A DNA stretch of 64,000 nucleotides from an uncultured Aliarcobacter sp. (GTDB taxonomy: Bacteria; Campylobacterota; Campylobacteria; Campylobacterales; Arcobacteraceae), in contig OY781945.1 of NCBI GenBank assembly GCA_963677435.1, forward strand, positions 1,792,001 through 1,856,000, given 5' to 3'. The position numbers and the translations under genes were made by a program. The stretch's first letter is position 1. Every line of letters starts with the position of its first letter. The notes beneath the pieces are model-generated. The model searched no databases. It had not been told where the DNA came from and saw only the letters and a program-made list of their open reading frames with translations. This document shows, one piece after another, positions 38,899 to 47,673 of this stretch.

Positions 38899-40257
38899 TT
38901 ATCTATTTACTATATTTTCTGCATTATCTGTAAAAAGATAATTATATTTAACAATATTTTTTTGAATGTCAACATTTATATTCAATATATCAATTTGTGC
39001 ATTTAATTGTGATATTCTTGACCTTACAACTTCTGGAAAATCTCCATCATCATTTGTATATGCAGTTAATGAAGCCTCAGATTGTTCATTCATTTGTGGT
39101 AACAATTTTGTTAAATATAAAGATTGTCTTTCTTTTAATCTTATTAAATCTGCTTTTGTAGTTTCATATAAACTAAAAAGTTTTTTATATTGCAAAATCT
39201 TTTCAGTTTCAACTGACTTTGTTTTAAGCATTGCTACTTTAAGCTCTTTATCCTGCTTATTTTTAACAAATATGGGAAGATCCAAAGTAAGTCCAACAGA
39301 AAATAAATCAGCTCTATTTCTTCCCATTAAATCATCTTCTCTTTTTGCATAACTTGTATTTACTGAAAATTGTGGTTTATAATTTTCTCTTGCTAATTTA
39401 ATACTTTTAGAAGTTGCTTTAATTTTCTGTTCAATATTTTTTATAGAAGGATGATTCTCAAACATAGTTAATATTTTTTCCGAATCTTCTTTAAGATTGA
39501 AGTAGTTTGGATTAATCATTTCAATATTAGGGAAACTTCTAGGTAATAGTAAATTTGAACTTTCCAAAATATTTCCACTATTAATCTTATCCTCTGTAAA
39601 ATCAGATAACCACTCTGATAAACTTAATAGTGCTGTATCTTTTTTTTGTTTTAATAAGGTAAGTCTGTCTTCTAATTTTGTTAATTCTAGTTGTGCTCTT
39701 ATAATATCTTGTTGTCTTGTTTTTCCAAATGCTGAAGAATAACTTGACTCAGCTATATCTGCTAATTGTTCAAATAAAGAACGGTTTTTTTCAATTAAAG
39801 CAATACTTTCTTGAGCTTTATATGCTTCTAACCAAAGTTGAGCAATCTGTACAGTTAGTTTGCCCTTTCTATCTTCTCTTTGATATGGATATTGGCTAGC
39901 TTGTAATTTAAGTTGTTCTTGTCTTATTTCTAAGCTATCTCCTCTTGGAAACATTTGAGAAATACCTACTTTTAATTGAGTCATAGCTTCTTGATTTAAA
40001 TCAAATGTATCAGTTGGTATATTAGCTGCACCAATTGTTACTTTAGGATCAGCATAAGTACCAGCAGCAATACTACTTTCTTCTATAGCTTCTTGTGAAT
40101 ATTCATTACCTTTTAACCATGAATCATTGAGTACTGCTATTTTAATAACATTTTGAAGTGCTAATTCATTTACATCTTTTTTTACTATATCATCAAGTTC
40201 GAGTGAAAAACTTGATGATATTATTAGAGAAGATAGGAATAATGATTTATAAATCAT
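38899..40257 (-). CDS. TolC-family outer membrane efflux protein (CusC role)
   Basis: Signal peptide, QEAMTQLKVGISQMFP, first of the cusCBA trio. Confidence 0.88.
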   Translation of the reverse strand: MIYKSLFLSSLIISSSFSLELDDIVKKDVNELALQNVIKIAVLNDSWLKGNEYSQEAIEESSIAAGTYADPKVTIGAANIPTDTFDLNQEAMTQLKVGISQMFPRGDSLEIRQEQLKLQASQYPYQREDRKGKLTVQIAQLWLEAYKAQESIALIEKNRSLFEQLADIAESSYSSAFGKTRQQDIIRAQLELTKLEDRLTLLKQKKDTALLSLSEWLSDFTEDKINSGNILESSNLLLPRSFPNIEMINPNYFNLKEDSEKILTMFENHPSIKNIEQKIKATSKSIKLARENYKPQFSVNTSYAKREDDLMGRNRADLFSVGLTLDLPIFVKNKQDKELKVAMLKTKSVETEKILQYKKLFSLYETTKADLIRLKERQSLYLTKLLPQMNEQSEASLTAYTNDDGDFPEVVRSRISQLNAQIDILNINVDIQKNIVKYNYLFTDNAENIVNR

Positions 40258-40730
40258 TTTATATTTACACTGCCATTTACTTTATTTATTACCCCATCAC
40301 TCGTTTTAAAAATTAGTTCATATGCCCATTCTCCAGCCATACTAAAGTTAATATCTATATTCCCATTTTCTTTTACTTGCTCCGTAAATTCCATTCCTGG
40401 CATTGAAGGCATTGAAAGGTTCATACTGATATCAGCATTTTTTATTTCCTTCTTATTTTGCATTAATTTAATAAACATATGGTTTTTACCATCAGTTAAA
40501 GGTTTTTCAGAACTTAGAGTTATTGAATATCCATTTATCATCATATTGTGATGATATAAATTCATTTCAGTATCTTGCATCTGCTTTGTAGTCATACCAT
40601 CCATATTCATATGGTTTGTCATTTTACCTTCATGCATATGGTCTCCCGTATGATCTTCACTTGCATATAATCCACTACTTACAAATAAACTTAATCCTAA
40701 TCCCAATAATACTTTTTGTACGGCTTTCAT
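40254..40730 (-). CDS. Secreted His/Met-rich YtkA/FixH-like protein
   Basis: Signal peptide, HMHEGKM region, MPSMPGM and FSMAGEW motifs. Confidence 0.8.
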   Translation of the reverse strand: MKAVQKVLLGLGLSLFVSSGLYASEDHTGDHMHEGKMTNHMNMDGMTTKQMQDTEMNLYHHNMMINGYSITLSSEKPLTDGKNHMFIKLMQNKKEIKNADISMNLSMPSMPGMEFTEQVKENGNIDINFSMAGEWAYELIFKTSDGVINKVNGSVNIK

Positions 40731-40757
40731 TCTTTATCCTTTGATTTTTTATACAAA

Positions 40758-40789
40758 ATTATATTAATCTAATAAGGAATGAATGTGGA
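40758..40789 (-). promoter_or_regulatory. Copper-block promoter motif, copy 4
   Basis: On +: ATTATA-N9-TAAGGA-N5-TGTGGA. Confidence 0.7.
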
Positions 40790-40864
40790 AGGTTAGGAAA
40801 AATTAATTAATGAGAAGGAAGTTTATTAAAGGAGAAAAGCAAGAGATGAATAAATCATCTTTCA

Positions 40865-43045
40865 CTAAATTTTTTTAAATTTTAATCTTAGAGAATTTAG
40901 TACAACAGTTACAGATGAAAAGCTCATCGCAATTCCTGCATACATAGGAGTTAGCATTACTCCGAAAATAGGATAGAAGATTCCAGCTGCTAAGGGAATG
41001 CCTCCTATATTATAAATAAAAGCCCAAAATAAATTTTGTTTTATTACTTTCATTGATTCAATAGATAAATTTATACTTTTGGATACTGCTTTTAAATCAT
41101 TATTTATTAAGATAATATCTCCAGCATCTTTTGTAATATCAGAACCAGAATTTAAAGTAATACCAATATCTGCTTGTTTAATAGATGGTGAATCATTTAT
41201 TCCATCGCCAACAAACATCACTTTTGCTTCTTTTTGAAGCTCTATAATCACTTTATATTTTTCATCAGGTAAAACTTGAGCATAAACTTTATCAATATTT
41301 AGCTCTTTTGCAACACTATTTGCAGTAATTTGATTGTCCCCTGTTAATAATATAGGAGTGATATTTTTTGCTTTTAAATCAGCTATTAATTCTTTTGCTC
41401 CATCTTTAATACTATCTTCTAAAGCAAAAACAGCAACACACTCTTTGTCAATTGAAGCTAAAATAACACCTGCTCCATTATTTAATGAAGTATTATAGAA
41501 ATCTAAATACTTACTATCTAAGTTAATGCTATTTTTTTCTAAAAAAGATAAAGAACCTATCAATATTTCTTTATTTTCATATATTGCCTTAATTCCAAGG
41601 CCTGGAATGATTTGTATATCTTCAAACTCTTTATTTAAAGATATATTCTTTGTTTGTGCAAAAACTACAACTGCTTTTGAGATGGGATGTTCACTTTTTG
41701 TTTCAAGTGATGCTAAAATATCTAAATATTTTTCTTCATATACTGCATCTTTAACTGAAATGATTCCTTTTGTAAGAGTTCCTGTTTTATCAAATACAGC
41801 ATATTTTATATCTTTTATAATTTCAAGGATTTCAGGATTTTTTATTAATATTCCCTCTTGTGCACCTTTACCAACTGAGCTTACAATTGCAATAGGAGTT
41901 GCAAGACCTAAAGCACAAGGACATGAAATAACTAAAACAGAGATAGATGCTAAAATAGCATTTAAAGCATTTCCTACTATAAAATACCAAGCAAAAAATG
42001 TAAGAATTGAAATGATAATAACCGTTGGAACAAAAATATTTGCGACATTATCAGCAAATCTACTTATTGGAAGTTTTTTACTTTGTGCAGTACTTAAAAG
42101 TGCAATTATCTTTGATAAAGTAGTATCATTTGATTGCTTTAATACTACAACTTCTATAACTCCAGTTGTATTTAAAGTTCCTGCTATTACTTCATCACCG
42201 ATAGTTTTATATACAGGCATTGATTCTCCTGTAATCATAGAAGTATCAATATCAGCACTTCCTTTACTTATAACGGCATCAGTAGATATTTTCTCACCCG
42301 TTTTTATTAAAACTTTATCACCAACTTTTAATTCACTAGCCAGAACAGTTTTAAAACTACCATCTTCACAAATTAATGTTGCATTTAATGGAGCTAAGTC
42401 CATAAGTTTTTTCAAAAAGTCAGTAGCTTTTGCTTTTGAACGCTCTTCAAGTAATCGTCCTAAAAGAATAAAACTAATTATAACAGCAGCACCATCAAAA
42501 TATAAGAATCTTAAATTTTCAGGAAATAATGAAGGGAAAAATACTACAAAAACTGAGTAGAAATATGCAGCACTAGTTCCTAATGCAACTAAAACATTCA
42601 TATCATAATTTTTATTACTTACAGCCTTATAAGCCAAAATATAAAATCTTCTTCCTGAATAAAATTGAATAACGGTTGCAAGTGAAAACATAATATATTG
42701 ATTGTTTAGCAAATTTTGAAGAGGGAATAAAACAAAATAAAGCATTATAATTGTGAGTGAAATACTTATAAAAAAATTATACTTTAGTTTATTGTAAGCA
42801 ATTAATTTAGACTTTTCTAAAGCTTTTAAATCTTCTTCAACTCCATAGCCTAGCTTTCTGATTTTATTGAACAATGCTTCTTTATCTAAAAGTTTATTTT
42901 CAATTTCAAATTCACCTTCATTTGAAGCAAAACTTACTTTTGAAGAGAGTAAGCCATCAAGTTTATTGACAGCTTTCTCAATTCCATTTGAACAATTTAC
43001 ACAAGTCATCCCCGAAATATTTATTTTTATGATTTCTTTTGACAT
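40865..43045 (-). CDS. copA: Copper-translocating P1B-1 ATPase
   Basis: GMTCVNC, TGES, CPCALG, DKTGT, YN and MSFSS. Confidence 0.93.
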   Translation of the reverse strand: MSKEIIKINISGMTCVNCSNGIEKAVNKLDGLLSSKVSFASNEGEFEIENKLLDKEALFNKIRKLGYGVEEDLKALEKSKLIAYNKLKYNFFISISLTIIMLYFVLFPLQNLLNNQYIMFSLATVIQFYSGRRFYILAYKAVSNKNYDMNVLVALGTSAAYFYSVFVVFFPSLFPENLRFLYFDGAAVIISFILLGRLLEERSKAKATDFLKKLMDLAPLNATLICEDGSFKTVLASELKVGDKVLIKTGEKISTDAVISKGSADIDTSMITGESMPVYKTIGDEVIAGTLNTTGVIEVVVLKQSNDTTLSKIIALLSTAQSKKLPISRFADNVANIFVPTVIIISILTFFAWYFIVGNALNAILASISVLVISCPCALGLATPIAIVSSVGKGAQEGILIKNPEILEIIKDIKYAVFDKTGTLTKGIISVKDAVYEEKYLDILASLETKSEHPISKAVVVFAQTKNISLNKEFEDIQIIPGLGIKAIYENKEILIGSLSFLEKNSINLDSKYLDFYNTSLNNGAGVILASIDKECVAVFALEDSIKDGAKELIADLKAKNITPILLTGDNQITANSVAKELNIDKVYAQVLPDEKYKVIIELQKEAKVMFVGDGINDSPSIKQADIGITLNSGSDITKDAGDIILINNDLKAVSKSINLSIESMKVIKQNLFWAFIYNIGGIPLAAGIFYPIFGVMLTPMYAGIAMSFSSVTVVLNSLRLKFKKI

Positions 43046-43072
43046 TTTTAATCCTTGAATAACTTATATATT

Positions 43073-43279
43073 TTAATTGTCTATTATTTCAAATCCTAGT
43101 TCTTGCATCTCTTTTTTAAATGTAACTTCTTGTTCTTCAGTTGAAATTTCGAGAGTAACTTCTTTTGGTGAAGTATTCAAGTTTACTTCAATCTCTCCAA
43201 AACTATCTTCTAAAGAACCTTTAATAAGATTTGCACAACTCATACAAGAGATGTTATTTGCTTTAAATGTTTTTTTCAT
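43073..43279 (-). CDS. HMA-domain copper chaperone (CopZ-like)
   Basis: NISCMSC, 68 aa, upstream of the ATPase. Confidence 0.88.
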   Translation of the reverse strand: MKKTFKANNISCMSCANLIKGSLEDSFGEIEVNLNTSPKEVTLEISTEEQEVTFKKEMQELGFEIIDN

Positions 43280-43284
43280 ATTTC

Positions 43285-43632
43285 TTATTTATGACCCATT
43301 TTTTTCATTTCTTCATCACTCATGCCATTTTTAGTTTTTTCATTAGCCATATCTTCATGCATCTTTTTCATTTCTTCATTAGACATACTATCTAATTTCT
43401 CATGGTTTTTTTTCATCTCTTCATCGTTCATGCCATTCATTTTATCATGCATTTTTTTCATTTCTTCATCAGTCATACCATTCATATTCATATGGTTCAT
43501 CATTTTTCCTTCATGCATGTGGTCACCCATATGAGTAGCTTGTTGAGTTGTAGATTTATTAGCTTCAGCTGCATATAACGCACTACTTACTAATAATCCT
43601 AAACCTAATAATACTGTTGATAACTTTTTCAT
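43285..43632 (-). CDS. Secreted Met/His-rich repeat protein
   Basis: Signal peptide; four copies of MxxEEMKK. Confidence 0.8.
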   Translation of the reverse strand: MKKLSTVLLGLGLLVSSALYAAEANKSTTQQATHMGDHMHEGKMMNHMNMNGMTDEEMKKMHDKMNGMNDEEMKKNHEKLDSMSNEEMKKMHEDMANEKTKNGMSDEEMKKMGHK

Positions 43633-43659
43633 TTTAAATCCTTTTTTATTTTATTCGTA

Positions 43660-43691
43660 ATTATATTTTTATTATGAGGAATCTATGTGGA
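43660..43691 (-). promoter_or_regulatory. Copper-block promoter motif, copy 5
   Basis: On +: ATTATA-N9-TGAGGA-N5-TGTGGA. Confidence 0.7.
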
Positions 43692-43701
43692 GTAATTATT
43701 C

Positions 43702-44388
43702 TTAAAACCAGAATCTCACACCAACTACTGCATATACTTCATCTAATGATGAAATATCATTTGTATTGCCTAAATTTTTATTCCATTCAACTCCTATATA
43801 AGGTGCGAATTCTCTTGTAATTTCATATCTTAATCTTGTACCTATTGTAATATTTGAGAATCCGCTTCCAATACCCATTTCTTCATTATCTTTTGTATAA
43901 GCAGATAATTGAATACTTGGGGTTAATATAAGCTTTTGTGTTAATAATGCATCGTATTCAGCTTGAGTTTTTAATCCCATATTTCCATCTTCACCTAATA
44001 AAAGAGTAGTTCTTGTTTCAAAGAAATATTGAGATAATCCTTGTAATCCTATAATACCCCAAGTTTGATGAGCTTCATTATTCTTATCATAACCAATACC
44101 TATCTGAGCATCCCAAAAAGGAGAAATTGCTCTTGAATAAACTAATTGGTTTTCACTATTTGCAGATTCATTTTTAACTTTCTCACCTTCTGAATAAATA
44201 TAAATCTTATTTATATCATAACCTGCATATCCATATACATCCCAATTAGTAGCTTTCTCATCACTAAATTGATATTCAAGTTTATCTACAACTAAAGAAC
44301 TTCTAAAAATATCTCCTTCACCTTCCATTGCAAAACTATTTGTTGTAATAAATCCCAATAGAGATGTTGCTAATAATAATTTTTTCAT
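43702..44388 (-). CDS. copB: Copper resistance outer membrane protein B (CopB/PcoB)
   Basis: YSRAISPFWD, RLRYEITREFAPYIGVEW, terminal GVRFWF. Confidence 0.93.
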   Translation of the reverse strand: MKKLLLATSLLGFITTNSFAMEGEGDIFRSSLVVDKLEYQFSDEKATNWDVYGYAGYDINKIYIYSEGEKVKNESANSENQLVYSRAISPFWDAQIGIGYDKNNEAHQTWGIIGLQGLSQYFFETRTTLLLGEDGNMGLKTQAEYDALLTQKLILTPSIQLSAYTKDNEEMGIGSGFSNITIGTRLRYEITREFAPYIGVEWNKNLGNTNDISSLDEVYAVVGVRFWF

Positions 44389-44401
44389 AATAAAACTCCT
44401 T

Positions 44402-46228
44402 TTAAGATACTATTACTTTTCTGAACATATCAGTCATATGATAAAGTAAATGACAATGATAAGCCCAAGAACCTTTTGCATCTACATTTACTCTAAAACT
44501 TATTTTTGAACCTGGTTGTACAACAATTGTATGTTTTCTTGGTAAATAATTGTCATCACCTGTTTCTAAATCACTCCACATACCATGTAAATGCATAGGA
44601 TGATTCATCATCGTGTCATTAATATATGTTATTCTTAATCTTTCTCCATATTTAAACTCTAAAGGTTTTGCATTTTTATAAGTTATACCATTAATAGACC
44701 ACATATATCTTTCCATATTTCCTGTAAGTCTTAAAATTATCTCTCTATCAGGATATTTATCATTAGTTGTAGGAGTTAATGATTTTAAATCTGCGTATGT
44801 TAAAACTCTTCTTCCATTATTTCTAAGTCCTACTCCTGGGTCACTAAGTCTATATTGTGGATTCATTGCTACTGCATCTACTTGAACACCTGTTGATTCT
44901 TCAAGTTTAGTAATTGGTATTTCTTTTTTCTGATTACTATTCATAGTTGACATATCATGTCCCATCATAGAATGATTCATTATAGGTTTTGGTTTTTCCA
45001 CACTAGACATATCCATTCCTGCTCCACATTTCATAGCACTTTCTTGTTTAGCAGGTTTTTGAGTTTCCATAGTCGACATATCATGTTCTGAATTATTATC
45101 ACTAGTCCCTCCCATACCCATATCTGCATGTGTTAATATTGGGAATGCATCCATTTGTGGAGTTTGAGCAATTACTTTTTCATCAAAAGTTAAAGCTCCA
45201 AGAGCATATCCACTTCTATCAATACTTTGAGCAAAAATCGAATAAGCTTTATTTACTTCAGGTTCTACTATTACATCATAAGTTTCAGCAACTCCTATTC
45301 TAAATTCATCAACAGTTACTGGTTGAATATTATTCCCATCCGCTGCAACTACTGTCATTTTAAGACCAGGAATTCTTACATCAAAAAATGTCATAGCTGC
45401 ACTATTTATAAATCTTAATCTAATTTTCTCACCATTTTTAAATAATGCTTTAAACCCTGTAGCTGGGTTCTCACCATTCATTAAATATGTATATGTATAT
45501 CCTGATACATCTGAAATATCTCTATCTGTCATTTTCATTTCGTTCCACATTTTTCTTTCACTAAATGCTTCGAAGAAACCTTTTTCTTTTACTTCATCAA
45601 TAAAATCACCAACTGTTCGTTGTTTGAAGTTATAATAAGAAGAAGAAAGTTTAATTTTTCTGTAAACTGAAGATGGTTTTTCATCTGACCAATCTGATAA
45701 TGAGATTACATATTCTCTATCATATTCATATGGGTCTTTTATTTTTGGTTCAATTATAATTGCTCCAAAAACACCTTCTTGTTCTTGAAATCCAGAGTGT
45801 GAATGATACCAATAAGTCCCACTTTGAAGTATTGGAAATTTATAAGTAAAAGTTTCTCCTGGTTTAATACCATTAAAGTTGCTAAATCCAGGAACACCAT
45901 CCATAGAAGCAGGTAAAATAATTCCATGCCAATGAATAGAAGTATCTTCATTAAGATTATTAGTGACATTTATTGTAACTGTATCACCTTCTTTCCATCT
46001 AAGAGTAGGACCACTTAGCATTCCATTTACTGTTTTTGCAATACTTGGATTACCAGTAACATTTACAGCTATTTTTTCAATGCTTAAATTAAATGTATTT
46101 CCACTTAATTCAATCGTTTTTTTTCGAGTCGATATTTTAGAATTTGCACTCAGGTTTATAGGTATAGAGGCTATGATACTTGTTGCCAAAACGCCTTTTA
46201 CAAATGTTCTTCTGTTCATATTATTCAT
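44402..46228 (-). CDS. Copper resistance multicopper oxidase (CopA/PcoA type), Tat-exported
   Basis: NRRTFVKG, HWHG, WYHSH, HPMHLHG, HCHLLYH. Confidence 0.95.
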   Translation of the reverse strand: MNNMNRRTFVKGVLATSIIASIPINLSANSKISTRKKTIELSGNTFNLSIEKIAVNVTGNPSIAKTVNGMLSGPTLRWKEGDTVTINVTNNLNEDTSIHWHGIILPASMDGVPGFSNFNGIKPGETFTYKFPILQSGTYWYHSHSGFQEQEGVFGAIIIEPKIKDPYEYDREYVISLSDWSDEKPSSVYRKIKLSSSYYNFKQRTVGDFIDEVKEKGFFEAFSERKMWNEMKMTDRDISDVSGYTYTYLMNGENPATGFKALFKNGEKIRLRFINSAAMTFFDVRIPGLKMTVVAADGNNIQPVTVDEFRIGVAETYDVIVEPEVNKAYSIFAQSIDRSGYALGALTFDEKVIAQTPQMDAFPILTHADMGMGGTSDNNSEHDMSTMETQKPAKQESAMKCGAGMDMSSVEKPKPIMNHSMMGHDMSTMNSNQKKEIPITKLEESTGVQVDAVAMNPQYRLSDPGVGLRNNGRRVLTYADLKSLTPTTNDKYPDREIILRLTGNMERYMWSINGITYKNAKPLEFKYGERLRITYINDTMMNHPMHLHGMWSDLETGDDNYLPRKHTIVVQPGSKISFRVNVDAKGSWAYHCHLLYHMTDMFRKVIVS

Positions 46229-46257
46229 AAGAAATTCCTTTTTTATTCATATTGAAG

Positions 46258-46289
46258 ATATTACTATTTATATAAGGAATGAATGTGTA
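46258..46289 (-). promoter_or_regulatory. Copper-block promoter motif, copy 6
   Basis: On +: ATATTA-N9-TAAGGA-N5-TGTGTA. Confidence 0.65.
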
Positions 46290-46328
46290 GAAAAATTTTA
46301 TAAATAGTTAAAAATCTAATTATTTAGT

Positions 46329-46427
46329 TTATTTAAAAAACATTCCACCCATCATAAAACACCCCGTAAACAAAGTACTTATTAAAAATAGACTAATACC
46401 TATTTTTAATATATTTATTTTTTTCAT
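46329..46427 (-). CDS. Candidate 32-aa lipoprotein
   Basis: Not in ORF track. MKKINILKIGISLFLISTLFTGCFMMGGMFFK*; AAAGGA RBS; lipobox-like FTGC. Confidence 0.6.
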   Translation of the reverse strand: MKKINILKIGISLFLISTLFTGCFMMGGMFFK

Positions 46428-46469
46428 TATTTTTCCTTTTATGTATTTTAATTAAAATAATCTATATGT

Positions 46470-46502
46470 ATGATACTACTATTTGTGAGGAATGAATGTG
46501 TA
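46470..46502 (-). promoter_or_regulatory. Copper-block promoter motif, copy 7
   Basis: On +: ATGATA-N10-TGAGGA-N5-TGTGTA. Confidence 0.6.
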
Positions 46503-46531
46503 AAGAATTTTATATCTAGGCAGGGTTAATA

Positions 46532-46565
46532 AAAATACCTTCAAAATATTTCTTGAAGGTATTTT
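46532..46565 (-). terminator. Hairpin downstream of 46581-46970
   Basis: AAAATACCTTCAA...TTGAAGGTATTTT. Confidence 0.7.
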
Positions 46566-46580
46566 ATAAAAATTAAGAAT

Positions 46581-46970
46581 TTAATTTAAATTAAAACTTC
46601 CTCTTTTTGTTTGTGTTACACCAACATTATGACTAAAAGTTAAAATATAATTATATGAACCTTTTTGTGGAAGATTTACATTAAATACATATTCTCCATT
46701 ATTTTTCGTATTTACACCTTTATAATCAATAGAAGTTTTATCTGGTGCCAAAACAGTTAGTTTTGTATTTAAATCATTATGAGAATGACCTTTATGTGTA
46801 AAATTTACATTTATATCATTATTGCCTTGTTTTAATTCTGTTGCAGGTTTTATAATTACTCTATAGTCCTTAATATATCCTGGACTGTGAATAGTATTTG
46901 ATACATCTTGTGCATATACACTTCCAATAACTAAACCTAATCCCAAAATTACTTTTTGTAAAACTTTCAT
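46581..46970 (-). CDS. Secreted YtkA/FixH-like protein
   Basis: Signal peptide, Ig-like beta pattern, GEYVFNVNLPQKGSY. Confidence 0.7.
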   Translation of the reverse strand: MKVLQKVILGLGLVIGSVYAQDVSNTIHSPGYIKDYRVIIKPATELKQGNNDINVNFTHKGHSHNDLNTKLTVLAPDKTSIDYKGVNTKNNGEYVFNVNLPQKGSYNYILTFSHNVGVTQTKRGSFNLN

Positions 46971-46999
46971 TTTCTATCCTTTAATTTTTTATATGTGTA

Positions 47000-47031
47000 A
47001 TGGTAATAATCTAATAAGGAGAGAATGTGGA
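47000..47031 (-). promoter_or_regulatory. Copper-block promoter motif, copy 8
   Basis: On +: ATGGTA-N9-TAAGGA-N5-TGTGGA. Confidence 0.7.
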
Positions 47032-47137
47032 ACTTATAAATTTATATTTCAACGAGAAATGATTTTTAGAGTTAACATTGTATCAAAGTGAGAGAAGATG
47101 ATTTATAGGTCTATTCTATAAGCTTTGGCATATCAAA

Positions 47138-47191
47138 TTAAGCTATATTTAAGATGCGTGTCGCTTTTAGTACCTTTATGTAAATGTAGCC
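47138..47191 (-). repeat. Terminal inverted repeat IR2
   Basis: Reverse complement GGCTACATTTACATAAAGGTACTAAAAGCGACACGCATCTTAAATATAGCTTAA; 47/54 identical to IR1. Confidence 0.88.
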
Positions 47192-47230
47192 AAGCTTTTA
47201 AAATTCTATATGAAGAAGTTTAAATATAAA

Positions 47231-47560
47231 TTAAATATTTTTATTCCCAATAAATATTATAAAAGCTCCAAATAGAGATATACTAGCACCTATAACATCC
47301 CATCTATTAAAACTTTCTTTTTCAACCAACACAAGCCATATTAATGCTGCAACAATATAAATACCACCGTAAATTGCATAAATTCTTCCAGCTTGTTCAA
47401 GATCAATTTTTGTTAAAACGTAAGCAAAAATACTTAGTGAAATAACTCCTAAAGCTATCCACCATGGAGTTCTTTCAAGTCTAAAATATAACCAAAAAGC
47501 AAAACAGCCAAATATTTCAAAAAAAGCTGCTAAAAAAAATATTCCTAAATTACTTATCAT
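47231..47560 (-). CDS. YnfA/UPF0060 family small membrane protein, copy 1
   Basis: AAFFEIFGCF, AGRIYAIYGGIYI, RWDVIGA. Confidence 0.92.
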   Translation of the reverse strand: MISNLGIFFLAAFFEIFGCFAFWLYFRLERTPWWIALGVISLSIFAYVLTKIDLEQAGRIYAIYGGIYIVAALIWLVLVEKESFNRWDVIGASISLFGAFIIFIGNKNI

Positions 47561-47673
47561 CGTTGTCCTATTAAATTATCTTTTTTAAGTTAAACAAATT
47601 AGAAAATTTGTTAATTACTTAATACCTAAATATATCTATAAAAACTTTATAATTTATATATTAAACCTATCAT

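Larger units (their letters stand above)
23776..47191. mobile_element. Non-autonomous transposon-like copper/silver resistance element bounded by 54-bp imperfect inverted repeats
   Basis: Ends match at 47/54 positions; contains a resolvase and a res-like site but no transposase. Confidence 0.8.

Noticed and set aside
41526..42560. 344-aa plus-strand ORF antisense to copA
   Set aside because: Exact antisense shadow of a conserved ATPase with no recognisable motifs; the same applies to 32016-32468, 32592-32927 and 36019-36492.
43300..43500. Periodic DNA repeats resembling an array
   Set aside because: They are 45-bp coding repeats of the Met/His protein with no unique spacers; not CRISPR.
47035..47137. 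Possible transposase or resolvase remnant next to IR2
   Set aside because: The plus-strand frames I checked are interrupted by stops and show no convincing motif.
23771..47196. 5-bp target-site duplication around IR1-IR2
   Set aside because: Flanks are AGTTT and AAGCT, which do not match.
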